Shown: piece by piece, positions 8,012-19,300 of the stretch
Numbering within the stretch: the stretch's first letter is position 1
Layout: each line of letters opens with the position of its first letter
Virus record (IMG/VR): IMGVR_UViG_3300014968_000001
Coordinates: 1-64,000 of that record
Strand: one strand, 5' to 3'
DNA length: 64,000 nt
DNA from: a virus
Lineage: Duplodnaviria; Caudoviricetes
Notes under the pieces: generated by a model
The model's input: the letters and a program-made list of their open reading frames with translations, nothing else
Databases searched by the model: none
What the model was told of the DNA's origin: nothing
Position numbers and translations under genes: made by a program

Positions 8012-9306
8012 GCGCCCTTCACTTCCCCATCCTCAATCACAATGGCCGACGGGTCTTTGGACTGAACGCATTCCACCCAGAGTTGCGTCTTAGACGCCGC
8101 GCACGTTTCCTTAACTGCCGCCAGTGATTTTTCATCCAGCAACGACCCATCCCGAATCAGAATGACACGCACCTTGGGATTGAGCGCAATGCCGATGGCG
8201 ATGGATGCCTGGAGTTGTCGGGCCTGACTACCTTGCGCGAACGGCACGTTATTGAGCAACACCCCGCGTTCCTCGTCGAAGCCAAGTTCCGGCATCGGGA
8301 ATTGGGCGAATTCGATTTGCGCGGCTTTCTGGTCATCGCACTCCTTGATTTTCGCCGTGAGAGCTTTGACCGTGCCTTCCAATAAGGCCACGTTGTCCTG
8401 GGCGGCGGTGTAGAGTTTGTTTTGCTCCACCCCGGCGTTGGTCTGCTGGATTTCGTCGATTTGCTTTTGGACAACGGTTTCGTCGATGAGTTGGAGCGCG
8501 GCGATTTCCTTTTCCATTCGTTCGGATTCAATGACTGCTTCCTGTTGAGCTTTAATTTTTTGCTCAAGTTGAGCGGCTGATTCTTGCAGCATTTTCTTGA
8601 GCGATTCAACCTTGGATGTCAGTGCCTTAACATCTTCGGACAAGTCGAAGGACTTTTGCTTCTGCGCCTCCACCGCCTGTTTCCGTTGCCGAACCGAACT
8701 GTTCTTCTGCTTCGCCTCACCCAGTTGCAGGGCCAACTTGGAAATGTCCAACGGCTCTTTCGGCAGAGACGGATTGAACTGATGCGCGTTCAGTTTTGCC
8801 TTGGCGGCTTCGAGTTCGCGGTTGCGGATGGTGCGTTCCTGATACATCTGCGCTTTTACGGCGTTGACTTCGGTGAAGTCGAGGCCGACCAGTTCCGCCA
8901 GCAACTTGGTTTGCGGCTCTTTTTTCAGGCGCACGAAGGTCAGGGGGTCGAAACCGATTTCTCCGATAACGGCATCCAACAATGCCTGTGGAGATTTTTG
9001 CGGGACGCCATCGGCATTCCGGATTTCGAGGACGGTGCCGGACGGATTGAAGCGACGTTCGATAATGCAAACGTTGTTCAGTTCCTCGGACAATTTGATG
9101 CGGACTTTTCCGGATTTTTGACCGTGCCGCAAAGGTTCCTCGCAGATTTCGCGTTCACCCATAAAAGCTGAGGCGATGGCGTCAAGGGTGGAGGTCTTGC
9201 CGGAATCATTCTGCCCTGACAAAACCACAGTGTTGTCGGACGGAACGATTTGGAGGGCTTTGATGCGTTTGAAGTTTTCGACGTGGAGTTCGATGATGGT
9301 TGCCAT
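8008..9306 (-). CDS. SMC/SbcC/RecN-like ATPase (AAA_23) with coiled coil
   Basis: LHVENFKRIK, Walker A GQNDSGKTS, long coiled coil, signature-like GSQARQ, Walker B ILIRDGSLLD. Confidence 0.88.
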   Translation of the reverse strand: MATIIELHVENFKRIKALQIVPSDNTVVLSGQNDSGKTSTLDAIASAFMGEREICEEPLRHGQKSGKVRIKLSEELNNVCIIERRFNPSGTVLEIRNADGVPQKSPQALLDAVIGEIGFDPLTFVRLKKEPQTKLLAELVGLDFTEVNAVKAQMYQERTIRNRELEAAKAKLNAHQFNPSLPKEPLDISKLALQLGEAKQKNSSVRQRKQAVEAQKQKSFDLSEDVKALTSKVESLKKMLQESAAQLEQKIKAQQEAVIESERMEKEIAALQLIDETVVQKQIDEIQQTNAGVEQNKLYTAAQDNVALLEGTVKALTAKIKECDDQKAAQIEFAQFPMPELGFDEERGVLLNNVPFAQGSQARQLQASIAIGIALNPKVRVILIRDGSLLDEKSLAAVKETCAASKTQLWVECVQSKDPSAIVIEDGEVKGA

Positions 9307-9324
9307 AATGAGTGATGAGTGGGG

Positions 9325-9519
9325 TTATTTGTTAGTGGTCAGATGATACCAGCCGCATTTGCATTTGTAGGCGCTCATGGATTTGCAGGACGGGTCAAGG
9401 TGGCGACCAGTGGCCAAAATCTTTCCGGCTTCAATCAATGCGCCACGATGGCTTGGATAGCAAAACTTTTGAGACTTCGGACATAGTTTGTGCTTAGGCT
9501 TACCCATTTCAAGCGCCAT
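9325..9519 (-). CDS. Small Cys/His zinc-finger-like protein
   Basis: CPKSQKFCY ... AYKCKCGWYHLT. Confidence 0.65.
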   Translation of the reverse strand: MALEMGKPKHKLCPKSQKFCYPSHRGALIEAGKILATGRHLDPSCKSMSAYKCKCGWYHLTTNK

Positions 9520-9527
9520 TCAGAGAT

Positions 9528-10517
9528 TTATTTCCTGCCGCCTTTCACCCAACCTTCAACCGTGCGAATGAAGCCTTTGGGATTCTTGAGAATTTTACCG
9601 GCGTAAACCTGGTCGATCTCGGAAAGCCCTTTGCCTTTCGGCAGCATTCCTTTGAACACGCAATAGCCGATGCAATCCTTGTTTTCGGAGAATATGAGTT
9701 CCAGTTCGTCCGCCACTTTCAATCGGGCCTGGGTGTCGTTTTCCGGTTGCGGCGCCGGTTCTTCAAACGGCAGTTCTTCGGGCGGTGCAGATGAAACAGC
9801 CGCCGCTTCGTCACTTGCGGGTGCTTTTACGTCCGCTGGCGCAACCTTGGCGGGCTGCGATACTGGCGCAACGGGAGTGGCGGCTGTAGATTCTTTGGGC
9901 GGCTCAGGCACTACTTCCGCGTCGATTGACGTTTCTTTTTCGCCGGCGGTGAGACTCTTGTTGAAGTTCGCGGCGAGGTCTTGCGCGGTTTCAATTTCGG
10001 ACACGGCGGCGGATTGTTCCTTGCGTTCGTGCGGATCAATGTCGTCCAGAAGTCCGAGGCCGCAGATGGACAGGGTGACACGGCGTTTCGCTTTGGTTTC
10101 ACTTTTCATGAGCGCAATGGCGGCGGCTTCACCTTTCACGTTTTCATTGAAAGCAACGGCGCCAATGGCTTCATCAGTCCTGCCGTGCTTATCGACCGCC
10201 CTGCAATGAACCACCATGCAGCCATGCTCCAAAGAGCGGGCGGTGATGGTCAGTGATACTCCGTGGATTTTCCGCAACTGTTCCGCACACCCTTTGTTCG
10301 GGTAAAGGACGAGCTTTCCCTGGAACGTTAGCCAATCGAACGGCTTGGTCAACGGGTTGAGTCCGGTGAATTCGCAGACTGCTCCGTAGAACTTGAGGCG
10401 TTCGGGTTGCGTGAGCTTTGACAGGTCGCCCGCGAGCGCGAGTTCCATTGAGGAAGCGTCAGGGTTGGCGGGGACAACGGCGGTTTGTTTTTCAGTGGTT
10501 TGTAGGTCGGTTGACAT
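9528..10517 (-). CDS. ssDNA-annealing protein (RecT/Red-beta/Rad52 superfamily-like)
   Basis: CEFTGLNPLTKP..ALMKSETKAKRRVTLSICGLG core plus Pro/Ala/Glu-rich linker; next to the exonuclease. Confidence 0.7.
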   Translation of the reverse strand: MSTDLQTTEKQTAVVPANPDASSMELALAGDLSKLTQPERLKFYGAVCEFTGLNPLTKPFDWLTFQGKLVLYPNKGCAEQLRKIHGVSLTITARSLEHGCMVVHCRAVDKHGRTDEAIGAVAFNENVKGEAAAIALMKSETKAKRRVTLSICGLGLLDDIDPHERKEQSAAVSEIETAQDLAANFNKSLTAGEKETSIDAEVVPEPPKESTAATPVAPVSQPAKVAPADVKAPASDEAAAVSSAPPEELPFEEPAPQPENDTQARLKVADELELIFSENKDCIGYCVFKGMLPKGKGLSEIDQVYAGKILKNPKGFIRTVEGWVKGGRK

Positions 10518-10518
10518 A

Positions 10519-10908
10519 TTATTTTTTTCGTGATTGTTTCTTTAAATATTTTTCGACAAGTTTTGCGTGACCCACATTTGCGTCAGCGGCAAAATTGTAT
10601 CCTTCGCATTCAATTTCACTTCCCCCAATTTCAGGAAGTCCGCAATTGCAGCCTTCTGCTGAACAGGGCTTGCCAGCGAGGAAAACCATCGTTTCGTATT
10701 TCCTGCCGAAGCCAATATCTTCGCCGGGATAATTTTTGGCGAGCCATTCCATTTCCGCTTTTTCACTGCCGCCCGAATGACGGGGATGAACGTATTCGCC
10801 GACGGTCGAAACAAGGAATTTTCCGACTTGTGTGCAAAGGTGAAACCGACACCAGCGGCCACAGATGAAATGACCGACTGATCCAAAATGAGCTATTTTA
10901 ATCTTCAT
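10519..10908 (-). CDS. Hypothetical protein
   Basis: HFICGRWCRFHLCT and YETMVF motifs; in operon. Confidence 0.7.
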   Translation of the reverse strand: MKIKIAHFGSVGHFICGRWCRFHLCTQVGKFLVSTVGEYVHPRHSGGSEKAEMEWLAKNYPGEDIGFGRKYETMVFLAGKPCSAEGCNCGLPEIGGSEIECEGYNFAADANVGHAKLVEKYLKKQSRKK

Positions 10909-11770
10909 TGCGCCTATTGATTGCGTAATTCGGCATCCGAATCACATTGAGTTGGTCGGGGTATCCAGGCCATTTGCCGGTCTTCAAACATTCCGCGTAA
11001 CGGTCAAGCATCTGGCGATACTTGGCATCGCCGGTCGCCTGAGATTCATCGTCCAGCATGTGTTCCTGCGCGTCAAATGGCGGTTCGGATTCAGCGCACA
11101 AAAAGACATGCGCGGGGCGTTCGCCCGTGATGGCAACCACGCCGGAGCGATAGCACGCGGCTTGGGCGTCGTAATGGAACGAGTCGATGTCCTTGGCGAA
11201 CGACCAGTCGGAAGCGCACCGAGTCTTTTTGAGTTCAATTATGAGCGGACGTTTGAAGGGATCGAACATCGGGCAGTAACGATCCATCCGCCCTTTGCAC
11301 AGCAGTCCCGTCACAGAATCTTTCCAGAGCATCGACACTTCGTTTTGCGCCGTGGCTGTCAGGAATGATTGCGCCGTTTTCCGTGAGCGAATCGACTCCG
11401 CCATACCGCGCAGACTCTCGATTTCGGCGATGCTGTTGTCATCCTTGCCCGAGCGCAACAAGGCTTTTCCATTGGCAGCGATTTGCGCGTCGGCGATGAT
11501 TTTCTTGCCTTCACTGGTTCGTCCATCGGCAGGCGGACAGATGTGAAACATGCCATCGAATCGGGCCGGCTCAAGGGTGGCGACGTGCAGAGCCGAGCCG
11601 AGAATCATGGCGGGTGTGGCAACTTTGGGATGGTCCATTTCCCATTTGCACTTGGATGCCGTGTGATAGATGGCTTTGAGTTTCGAGAAGTTGATGGCTG
11701 GCCATGCGGTGTAATCCTCGAAGGAGACGCCGTAATGGATGCCGGGGGCGGGGAGGGGGATGGGGTTCAT
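10898..11770 (-). CDS. PD-(D/E)XK exonuclease (RecE/ExoVIII, DUF3799-like)
   Basis: HYGVSFEDY..INFSKLK, LCKGRMD, IIELKKT, YDAQAACY. Confidence 0.88.
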   Translation of the reverse strand: MNPIPLPAPGIHYGVSFEDYTAWPAINFSKLKAIYHTASKCKWEMDHPKVATPAMILGSALHVATLEPARFDGMFHICPPADGRTSEGKKIIADAQIAANGKALLRSGKDDNSIAEIESLRGMAESIRSRKTAQSFLTATAQNEVSMLWKDSVTGLLCKGRMDRYCPMFDPFKRPLIIELKKTRCASDWSFAKDIDSFHYDAQAACYRSGVVAITGERPAHVFLCAESEPPFDAQEHMLDDESQATGDAKYRQMLDRYAECLKTGKWPGYPDQLNVIRMPNYAINRRNED

Positions 11771-11774
11771 ACAA

Positions 11775-13430
11775 TTATTGAAACAGATCGGGATTTAGGG
11801 TTATCGGGCGACCGCGAGTGATGACTTCAAGGGTTCGTAAACGACCCAGGGAATTGTTAAAACCGCCGCTGGTAGGTGCGTAGCCGGTTGCTTCACCCAA
11901 CTCATCAGGGTTCATTCCGTTTGGGTAAACTTCCAACAGCTTGGAGATGATAGTCGCCTCACAACGTCCGCTGCGTTTAATCCATCGCTCCACCAATTCC
12001 CTTCCTTCAGGCAGGGGGTCCCATTCACCCAAAGCAGCAGCACCTTCCGTTGTAATTTGAATGGGCTGTCCGCGCGTGATGTAACCGGCGGATCGAAGCT
12101 TCCCGAGTGAATTATTAAATCCACCAGATGACGCGGAATATTCAGAAAGCAGGGCAACTTGAATGGCGGTTCTCCCTTTTGGGTATTGCGCCAACGCAGT
12201 CAGAATGGCCCGCTCGCAGCGCCCAAGGTCGCCGTTGCTTTGTGCAGTCGGCGTGAGTGTCCTCATTTTGGCCGGCGGGTTTTGAAACTGTCTTGGCAGT
12301 TGGGCGGGGTGGCGCGACCACGACGATAAAACTTTATCCATTATCGGCAGAAGCTTTTGCCCCCATTTGACGACATGTTCGTGCGCCTCTTTGATGGTAA
12401 GAATAAGGGCACGATCCTCGTTCGTGAGAACCGAAACCTCGACAATCTCTTGAGTCACCTGCTTAACGGCTGGCAGCTTCACCGCCAGTTCTTTTTCCAT
12501 CTCCCGAATCTTTTTCTTCAATTCGGCGGGATCGTTGGCTTTGGTTTCCTCTATGACAGCGGCCATTTTCTCTTTTACCTCGTCAAGATTTACGTCCGCC
12601 CAACCGGCGGTGACGATTTTCTTTTGCAATTGCGGCGGGGCGAACGAATCGAACGTGCCGAACATGGGAAAGGTAACTCGCTTCGGCCCGAAACCAATTT
12701 CTGGCGACCAGACATAAGCCTCGCCGCGCGCCATCCCCGCCAGGTTGTCCAGCACTTCCCGTCCTTGCGCCATATCGCCGCATCCGTCAATCCACTCCTT
12801 AACAGCACCACGGTCAGCAGCATGGATAACCCGCATGGCGACCAGCGTTTCGCAGCAGGTCAAAGTGTCATTGTGAACTTTCTGCGGACGCTGGCTGGCG
12901 ATTAAACAGACCAACCCGTAGCCACGTCCCTCACTCATTAGTCGGTTCGACCAGTGAAGGCATTTACCAGCCTCCGGGTCCATGATTTTGCCTTTCGGTG
13001 CAAAGTTATGGAATTCATCTCCGACCAGATAAAGCTCGCCGCTATTTGCGTTGAACAGCGTGGAAGCGAAGTCGATCCAGAATTTGACCATGTGCGAAGT
13101 AATCCAACCCCGAAAGCCGATGATGCACGGGCGGTTTCCGCTGGTGATTAATTCCGCAACGTGCTTACCGGACTGCGCGTTGATCGGCACATCCTGGGCT
13201 TTCGGTTCCTTGAAATCTCCAAACGCAATGACCGGATACCCTGCGGATTTTCCGTCGGCAGATGACTTCAGCCCCCACCAATCACCCTTGGGGTCAATGA
13301 TACAAACTCGTTTTCCCTGATTGAGCAAATATTCGACGACGTGACGCATGGCGGAGGATTTTCCTGCGCCGGTCTTACCCAAAAAGGCCATGTGCTGCTT
13401 TAAAATCTCAACCGGAAATATTAGTTTCAT
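11775..13430 (-). CDS. HerA/FtsK-like ATPase (DUF87) with two C-terminal winged-helix repeats
   Basis: HMAFLGKTGAGKS, IIDPKGD, GDEFHNFAP, GRGYG..ASQRP; duplicated SGGFNNSLG(K/R)LR..ITRG; start at MKLIF. Confidence 0.85.
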   Translation of the reverse strand: MKLIFPVEILKQHMAFLGKTGAGKSSAMRHVVEYLLNQGKRVCIIDPKGDWWGLKSSADGKSAGYPVIAFGDFKEPKAQDVPINAQSGKHVAELITSGNRPCIIGFRGWITSHMVKFWIDFASTLFNANSGELYLVGDEFHNFAPKGKIMDPEAGKCLHWSNRLMSEGRGYGLVCLIASQRPQKVHNDTLTCCETLVAMRVIHAADRGAVKEWIDGCGDMAQGREVLDNLAGMARGEAYVWSPEIGFGPKRVTFPMFGTFDSFAPPQLQKKIVTAGWADVNLDEVKEKMAAVIEETKANDPAELKKKIREMEKELAVKLPAVKQVTQEIVEVSVLTNEDRALILTIKEAHEHVVKWGQKLLPIMDKVLSSWSRHPAQLPRQFQNPPAKMRTLTPTAQSNGDLGRCERAILTALAQYPKGRTAIQVALLSEYSASSGGFNNSLGKLRSAGYITRGQPIQITTEGAAALGEWDPLPEGRELVERWIKRSGRCEATIISKLLEVYPNGMNPDELGEATGYAPTSGGFNNSLGRLRTLEVITRGRPITLNPDLFQ

Positions 13431-13437
13431 AATGAGT

Positions 13438-13632
13438 TTAAGCCACCCGCCAGACGTTGAATCCGCCTTTAGGCAGAACCTTTTGGGTGGTGATGGTGAT
13501 GCCCGCACGCTCCGCAGTTTTGTAAGCCATCAGGCGTTCTTCTTCATTTGGGATGAAGATGCGCTGGCCAATGGCCATTTTGGAGATGCGTCGGGTGATT
13601 GGTTTTGCTTTCAACGGATGGCAAGATTCCAA
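13438..13632 (-). CDS. Small basic putative DNA-binding protein (true start likely downstream of the TTG at 13632)
   Basis: Ends GGFNVWRVA, a common phage small-protein motif; the promoter overlaps the ORF-track start. Confidence 0.6.
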   Translation of the reverse strand: MESCHPLKAKPITRRISKMAIGQRIFIPNEEERLMAYKTAERAGITITTQKVLPKGGFNVWRVA

Positions 13633-13664
13633 AAATCTTGGGTCGTGTCAAACTTTATTTGACA
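13623..13664. promoter_or_regulatory. Divergent promoter/operator region between early and ejection-protein operons
   Basis: TGTCAA-N7-TTGACA (13646-13664) gives a -35 on each strand; AAGATT-N5-AATCTT palindrome at 13623-13639. Confidence 0.6.
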
Positions 13665-13723
13665 AAAACTTTCAATCGGGATTTTTATTGCTAAAACCAC
13701 AAGGCAGGGTGTATTTATTGCAC

Positions 13724-13909
13724 ATGGCCGGTCCTTTAAAGCCGCAGCAATTGACAGCATCGCAGCAGGCGCAACTGTTTAAGACGGCTGTGTTCCCGCC
13801 GTATCCCGATTCTTTAAAAAAGAGATTCCCCGAAATGGCGGCTCACGAAGAAGCGGTTAAAGAATGGCTCGCAAAATTTGTTTTTAACATTCAGAATTTG
13901 GGACAGTAA
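13724..13909 (+). CDS. Small putative virion protein (61 aa)
   Basis: MAGPLKPQQL..VFPPYPDSLKKRFPE; first gene of the ejection-protein operon. Confidence 0.65.
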   Translation: MAGPLKPQQLTASQQAQLFKTAVFPPYPDSLKKRFPEMAAHEEAVKEWLAKFVFNIQNLGQ

Positions 13910-13914
13910 AATTT

Positions 13915-15459
13915 ATGGCAGCACTAGCTCCAATCTATAATGCTTCCGGATTGATTTCGGGGTACCAAGGCCAAAAGCCCAAGATGCCACTGAGCTTGCA
14001 GCCGCGGTATTCCCCTTCGGGCCTGCTCACCGGTTATTCGCCCGGGACCGTGACCGGCGCGCCACCGGTTGCCCCTGAATATTCCGGCGGTTTAACCACA
14101 CCGGCAAACACAGCCAGCGGTAAACTTTTGAGCGGAGGGGCGAAAGGCGCTCAAACGCCAGGTCAAGCCGCCGCCGCCGATTTGCTGAATAACAGCGCCG
14201 TTGTGGCTCTCCCCAAAAATCCAGCGATTACCACCGCAACCGCGAATCTGTTGGGAGACAGCCAGCACGTTGCCGACGCGGCGACCAAGACTTTTGACGA
14301 TTATTTGAATGAGGCGAAATCCACCACGGCGGGGATCAAGACTCAGGTGGCGACCGACACGGCGAACCTGAACGCCATTCCGGCAGCAACACAGGCTCGG
14401 ATAGATGCCATCAATCAAAATTACTCGAACACCACGGGGAACATTGCCGATCAGTATGCGAACCTGAACCGTCAGAACGCGGCAACGGTGGCGGGTGACA
14501 TTTCCAAGTTGGGCACGATAGACAGCAATTACGCGACGGCAGCGCAGGCGGTGGCCGACCGTGCGGTGCAATATGCTGGTGGTCAGATTTCCAAGTATCA
14601 AGGCGGGTCCGGGACGCCGACCAGTAATAGTTCGGATTTGGAGAACCGCTATCAGCAGGCGTACACGGACATCAATTTGCCGGTGCAAAAGGAGATTTAC
14701 GCCAATAACCGGGCTGACCTGCAAAACTATGTGACTCCGTTGCAACAGCAGTTGTATGGGGAGAACGTGGCCGCAGACGTGAATTACGGAACGACACGAG
14801 CGAATCAGATTGCCTCGATGCAGACGGGCAGTGCGGAGCAGATTGCGGCGTTGAAACAGGCGGTGGCCGGTCGCGGGGTGAATGAAGCGATGGCTTACAT
14901 GCAGAGCATCGGCATCCCGATTTCGGTGGCGCAAAGCGTGTTGAGCGGTCCGACGAGCAACCTGGCGACGTTGACGGGCGTGGACAACAGCAACACGAAT
15001 TATGGGATCGCTAGCGCCTATTCGCCGGCAGTAACGAGCTTGCCGACCTATCCCGCACCACAACAGCGCCAGCCATCACCTCAATTGGGCGGGTATGGGA
15101 ATGGCCCGGTGACGACAGGAGCGCAACCGATGGGGGCAACGGCAGCGCCGAGTTACGCGGTGGACGCGAGCGGGCAGCCAATCACCAATGGAAATGGTCA
15201 ACCGATTGTTGCGGGCAGTCCGGAATTTTATCAGCAAGTGCAATATGGTAATCCGAACAGCCCGTCGTGGCAGAAATTTTCTCCGGGGAACGGGATGAAT
15301 CAGTATCAGGCGGCACTGGCCATGTATCAGGCTGGCTATTCACCGACTCCACCGAATCCGGCTGACTATGGATTGACTGGAACGGCGGCGACTAATCCAG
15401 CCACATCAAACCAAGTGGCGGATGCGTATGCGTCCATGCCGGATGCAATTAATCCTTAA
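13915..15459 (+). CDS. Internal virion/ejection protein 1
   Basis: 514 aa, A/Q/G/T/N-rich helical core; first of a three-gene ejection block. Confidence 0.7.
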   Translation: MAALAPIYNASGLISGYQGQKPKMPLSLQPRYSPSGLLTGYSPGTVTGAPPVAPEYSGGLTTPANTASGKLLSGGAKGAQTPGQAAAADLLNNSAVVALPKNPAITTATANLLGDSQHVADAATKTFDDYLNEAKSTTAGIKTQVATDTANLNAIPAATQARIDAINQNYSNTTGNIADQYANLNRQNAATVAGDISKLGTIDSNYATAAQAVADRAVQYAGGQISKYQGGSGTPTSNSSDLENRYQQAYTDINLPVQKEIYANNRADLQNYVTPLQQQLYGENVAADVNYGTTRANQIASMQTGSAEQIAALKQAVAGRGVNEAMAYMQSIGIPISVAQSVLSGPTSNLATLTGVDNSNTNYGIASAYSPAVTSLPTYPAPQQRQPSPQLGGYGNGPVTTGAQPMGATAAPSYAVDASGQPITNGNGQPIVAGSPEFYQQVQYGNPNSPSWQKFSPGNGMNQYQAALAMYQAGYSPTPPNPADYGLTGTAATNPATSNQVADAYASMPDAINP

Positions 15460-15461
15460 CT

Positions 15462-16385
15462 ATGGCATACATTTTTGCAGGAAATCTGGACAGTCTAGCG
15501 GCGCAAAGGAACCGGTATGACGACCTGAACCTGCGTGTCGCCGAGAACGCGCAATCGGCGTATCAGCGGGCGCAAGCCGACCAGACCGAAGCCGACCGCT
15601 TTGGCATCCGTCAAAACGAGGAAGATCGTCGGCAACAGCAAGCGCAGCAATATCAATTTTTCCAAGCCAACCAAGCCGCGGCAGACCGGGCTCAGGAACG
15701 TGCGCAGCAACAATATCAGTTTGGCGCAACCGAAGCAGACCGGGCAGCAGCGCGCGGCGATGAGGCGTATCGGTTCAACGCGAATTTGCAGGCGACCAAA
15801 GAGCAGAATGCCTTGGCTGTGACCCAAAAGAAAAACGCGGAAGATTACGCAGAAGCGCAGAATTTGGTGATGAGCGGAGCGTATGACGATAACCCGGAGA
15901 AAATCATCAAGGATTACCCGGGGCTGCAACCGCATCAATTGGCGACGCTGAACACGGTTTGGGACACGCGCAACAAAGGCGCATTGGCGAAGTTCACGAA
16001 TTTGCAGGGTGAAGCGGCATCCGAATCCGCCGTGGCGCCGACGGTTCAATCGAAGGCGTTGCCAGCATACGTGGCCGGTCTGGAAAAGCGCGGACTGCGT
16101 TATCAGGCATCGCCACAGGGAACGAACGTCGTCGTGGGAGTGCCGCCACCGTATCAGCGCATATCGACCAACAGCGCGCCGCTAGGACCGCCCGGACCAG
16201 CACCATCGCCGTATAATTTCACGGGTGCAGGAATACCGGACAAAAGCCGGGTGATAGCGCCGCCAGCGCCATCCGCCCAATCCGGTTTGGTTGTTGGCAA
16301 AACCTATAAAAATGCCAAGGGCGAAATCGCGCAATACCTGGGTGGAGACATCAGCGATCCCGCAAGTTGGCAGGCGGCACAATGA
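15462..16385 (+). CDS. Internal virion/ejection protein 2
   Basis: Q/A-rich coiled coil; C-terminal GKTYKN..YLGGDISDPASW motif typical of podovirus ejection proteins. Confidence 0.7.
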   Translation: MAYIFAGNLDSLAAQRNRYDDLNLRVAENAQSAYQRAQADQTEADRFGIRQNEEDRRQQQAQQYQFFQANQAAADRAQERAQQQYQFGATEADRAAARGDEAYRFNANLQATKEQNALAVTQKKNAEDYAEAQNLVMSGAYDDNPEKIIKDYPGLQPHQLATLNTVWDTRNKGALAKFTNLQGEAASESAVAPTVQSKALPAYVAGLEKRGLRYQASPQGTNVVVGVPPPYQRISTNSAPLGPPGPAPSPYNFTGAGIPDKSRVIAPPAPSAQSGLVVGKTYKNAKGEIAQYLGGDISDPASWQAAQ

Positions 16386-16388
16386 TAA

Positions 16389-19300
16389 ATGCCATTTACC
16401 CCGCCCAATTCCATTGATGAACTGATTGCTGACGATTCTCCGCCGCCAGCAAAATATAATTTTACCCCGCCGCAATCCGCCGATGACGTGACGGATATTT
16501 CAGCACCGCCGGATTCCAGTTTCAGACCGCCCGATGCCAGCAAAGGCATAAAAGAGGACAGCAAATTAGCACAGAGAGCCAAAGAGTTGGCCGATGTACA
16601 GGAACAAAAATCGGAACCGACCACGCCGTTGGGGGCGGGGACAAAGGAATTTGTCCGGGGCATTCCCGCGTTCGCGCATCGTGGCGGGGCGGTAACATTG
16701 GCGGCGATGTCGGACGCGGCGGCTAAAGCCTACAACTTCGTTAATCCCGACAATCCGTTGCCGGATACCAGCGTGAGTCAATTTTCACAGAATCCAACTG
16801 CACCATTACCCGCCGAGGAAGGCGCGGAAGAAATGCGAGGTATTGGACGGTTCGGTCAGAAAGCGTTGCAGGGCGCAATCAAGGTCGCGCCGGCGATTGG
16901 CGCAAGCGCGGGGATTGGCGCGGTGGGCGTGGCCCCTGAGATTGCCGGTGCTATTCCATTTGCTTTTGATGCCAATGGAAAACCCGATCCCGTGAGCGCA
17001 GGGCTGATGCTGGCGTTGCCCGGTATTGGAAAATTGGGAGAGAAAGGCGTGGCGAAGTGGCTGGACAGCACGGCGGGTTACGATACTGCGGAGAAAATCG
17101 CTGGCGTAATCAAAGATGCCACGGGCAAACCGGTATCGAAAGACACAGTGGCGGCATGGCTTAAGGCGGGGGGGAATCAAGTCGCGGCAAACGCAGCTTT
17201 GATGGCGTCCCAAATTCCGGACATCGCCAAGTCCGAAAATCCGAAGCAGGCATTTTTAGACGCATTGGCGGGAAACCTTGCTCCGTCGTTACTGGCTTTC
17301 ATGGGGCACGAGCAGGAGCCGGGAAGTCCTGATGCCCAAAAGACCGCCGCATTGAATTCCGGCAAGTGGGTAGTGCCAGGAACCGAGCGGCGATTGATTG
17401 GAACAGAAGAAAAACGCAACATTCAACCACCAACAGAAGGAGGGCCAAGTGCCAGTGGAATACGAGAAGATACGGGACAGCCTGCGGAAGCGGGGAAAAC
17501 CATTGAAGGAAGCAAAACGGATAGCGGCAATGACGTGGAACAAACGCCATCCGGACAATCCGAATCCGTGGCGGAACGAAAAGAAGTCCCGCCGGAAACG
17601 CCGCAACCGCCTTCGGGAAATGTCCCACTGACACCAGCCGTTGACAGGGCTCAACGCCTCGAAGATTTGCGCAAGATTCCAAACCGAACCCCGGAACAGG
17701 AGCAGGAATTTCAGGCGTTAGTAGCCGAATCCGGTTCGGTTCAACAGAAGATGGCGGCGGAGATTGCGAAGGTTAAAGCCAATGAAAAACCAACACCCGC
17801 AGTTCCACCCCAAGAAACGCCGCCGCCAAAGCCGCCTGATACTCCTGCTGTTGCGCTGACTGAAATGCCGAGTTTGGCCCTGCATGTGGAGGGAGAAAAG
17901 ACCGTTCGCCAGGTTAAGAACATGGAGGAAGCGGCGGCACTGGTTGACCAGTTGCGCGAGGCGTCAGACATGGGTAGCAGTGAATTTCCGCAGATGACCA
18001 TTGTTGACACCAAGACCGGAAAGCCCGTGGCACGGGTCAGTTACAATGGACGAATTTGGGGATTGGACGGGAAGGAAATTGAAAGGGCAGACAACCGTGG
18101 ATATGGCAAACCTGATGCGATTGACGTTTCAAAAGAGACGCCCAAACAGCCCATTTTTAAACCCGCAAAAATCGAACGCCCTTGGGACATCATCGACGAA
18201 ATCGAAAGCAAACACGGCACGATTTTAAACAAGAAATCCAGCAAGCCGGGGCACGAGGATTATTACAACACGGAAGGTTACACCCGCGCGGCGAGCGGTG
18301 CGGGCAAGCGGTTGTTCTCTGCAAAAGGCAGTGGGCCGGATAAAATATTGCAGGCGTTGATTGATTCAGGTGCGATGCACCCGGACGCGACCGTGGACGA
18401 TTTATGGGAGGCGATTGACCGGGCCAGCAAAGCGCGGGGCGCACATTATCGCGGAGAATTGCCGGAGCAAAAGGCGAACAAATTCTACGCGGCGATGGAC
18501 AAGGCGTTGAAGGATAAAAAGTCGCAGAAATTGACTGTGGGCGAATTGCAGGTTGGCGACCAGTTCACTTTGGGTAAGGAAAAGTTCACAGTCAAATTCA
18601 TCGACCCCGATACAGGCGAAGTGACGGTTCAGGATGGCAAGAAGTTTGGGACGCAGACGATACCGGACGGGGCGGATATTGCCGTGGATGCTGGAAGCTA
18701 TAAGGCGGCAAAGCCGGAGACAGCATCGGAAGACCCGTTTGCTGTGGAAAACACCAAGACACCACCAAAACTCCGTCCCGGCGAAAAAGTCGGTGAAATG
18801 TTTCAAGGCGGCGACCAGCCGTTCAATTTGTCCGGCGAAACCACCAAGGACATCGAGCGCATTCAGAAGGAGAAAGAGGCGGCAGAAAAAGCCGCAGCGG
18901 AAGCGAAAGCGTTGCAGGAAAAGCAGCAGTTGGGATTGCCGGGGACGGAGACTAAATCGACTGGCCCACAAAAATATCGTATCGGCAAAAACCCGTCCAC
19001 CTACGAAATCGTCGAACGCTTGCCCGCCAGCGATGTTGAAAAAGAGAACGGCGAACAACCGGTCAAAATCAAGAACGACCGGACGGGCGAAGTCAGCACG
19101 GTTTTGGAACAGGATTTGACGGCGGTGCAGAGTCATGCGGGCGAGGAAAAGGCGGCGAAAGGACCATCGCTGGACGACCAGTTGAAGGCTTACGGCATGG
19201 ACCCGGGCGGTTTCCAGAATGCCGCGCAGAAACGCGAGGCAATAAAGCGGGCGAAGGCGAAGGGGGATAAACCTAAATTCTCCGTTCAAGCCGATCCCAA

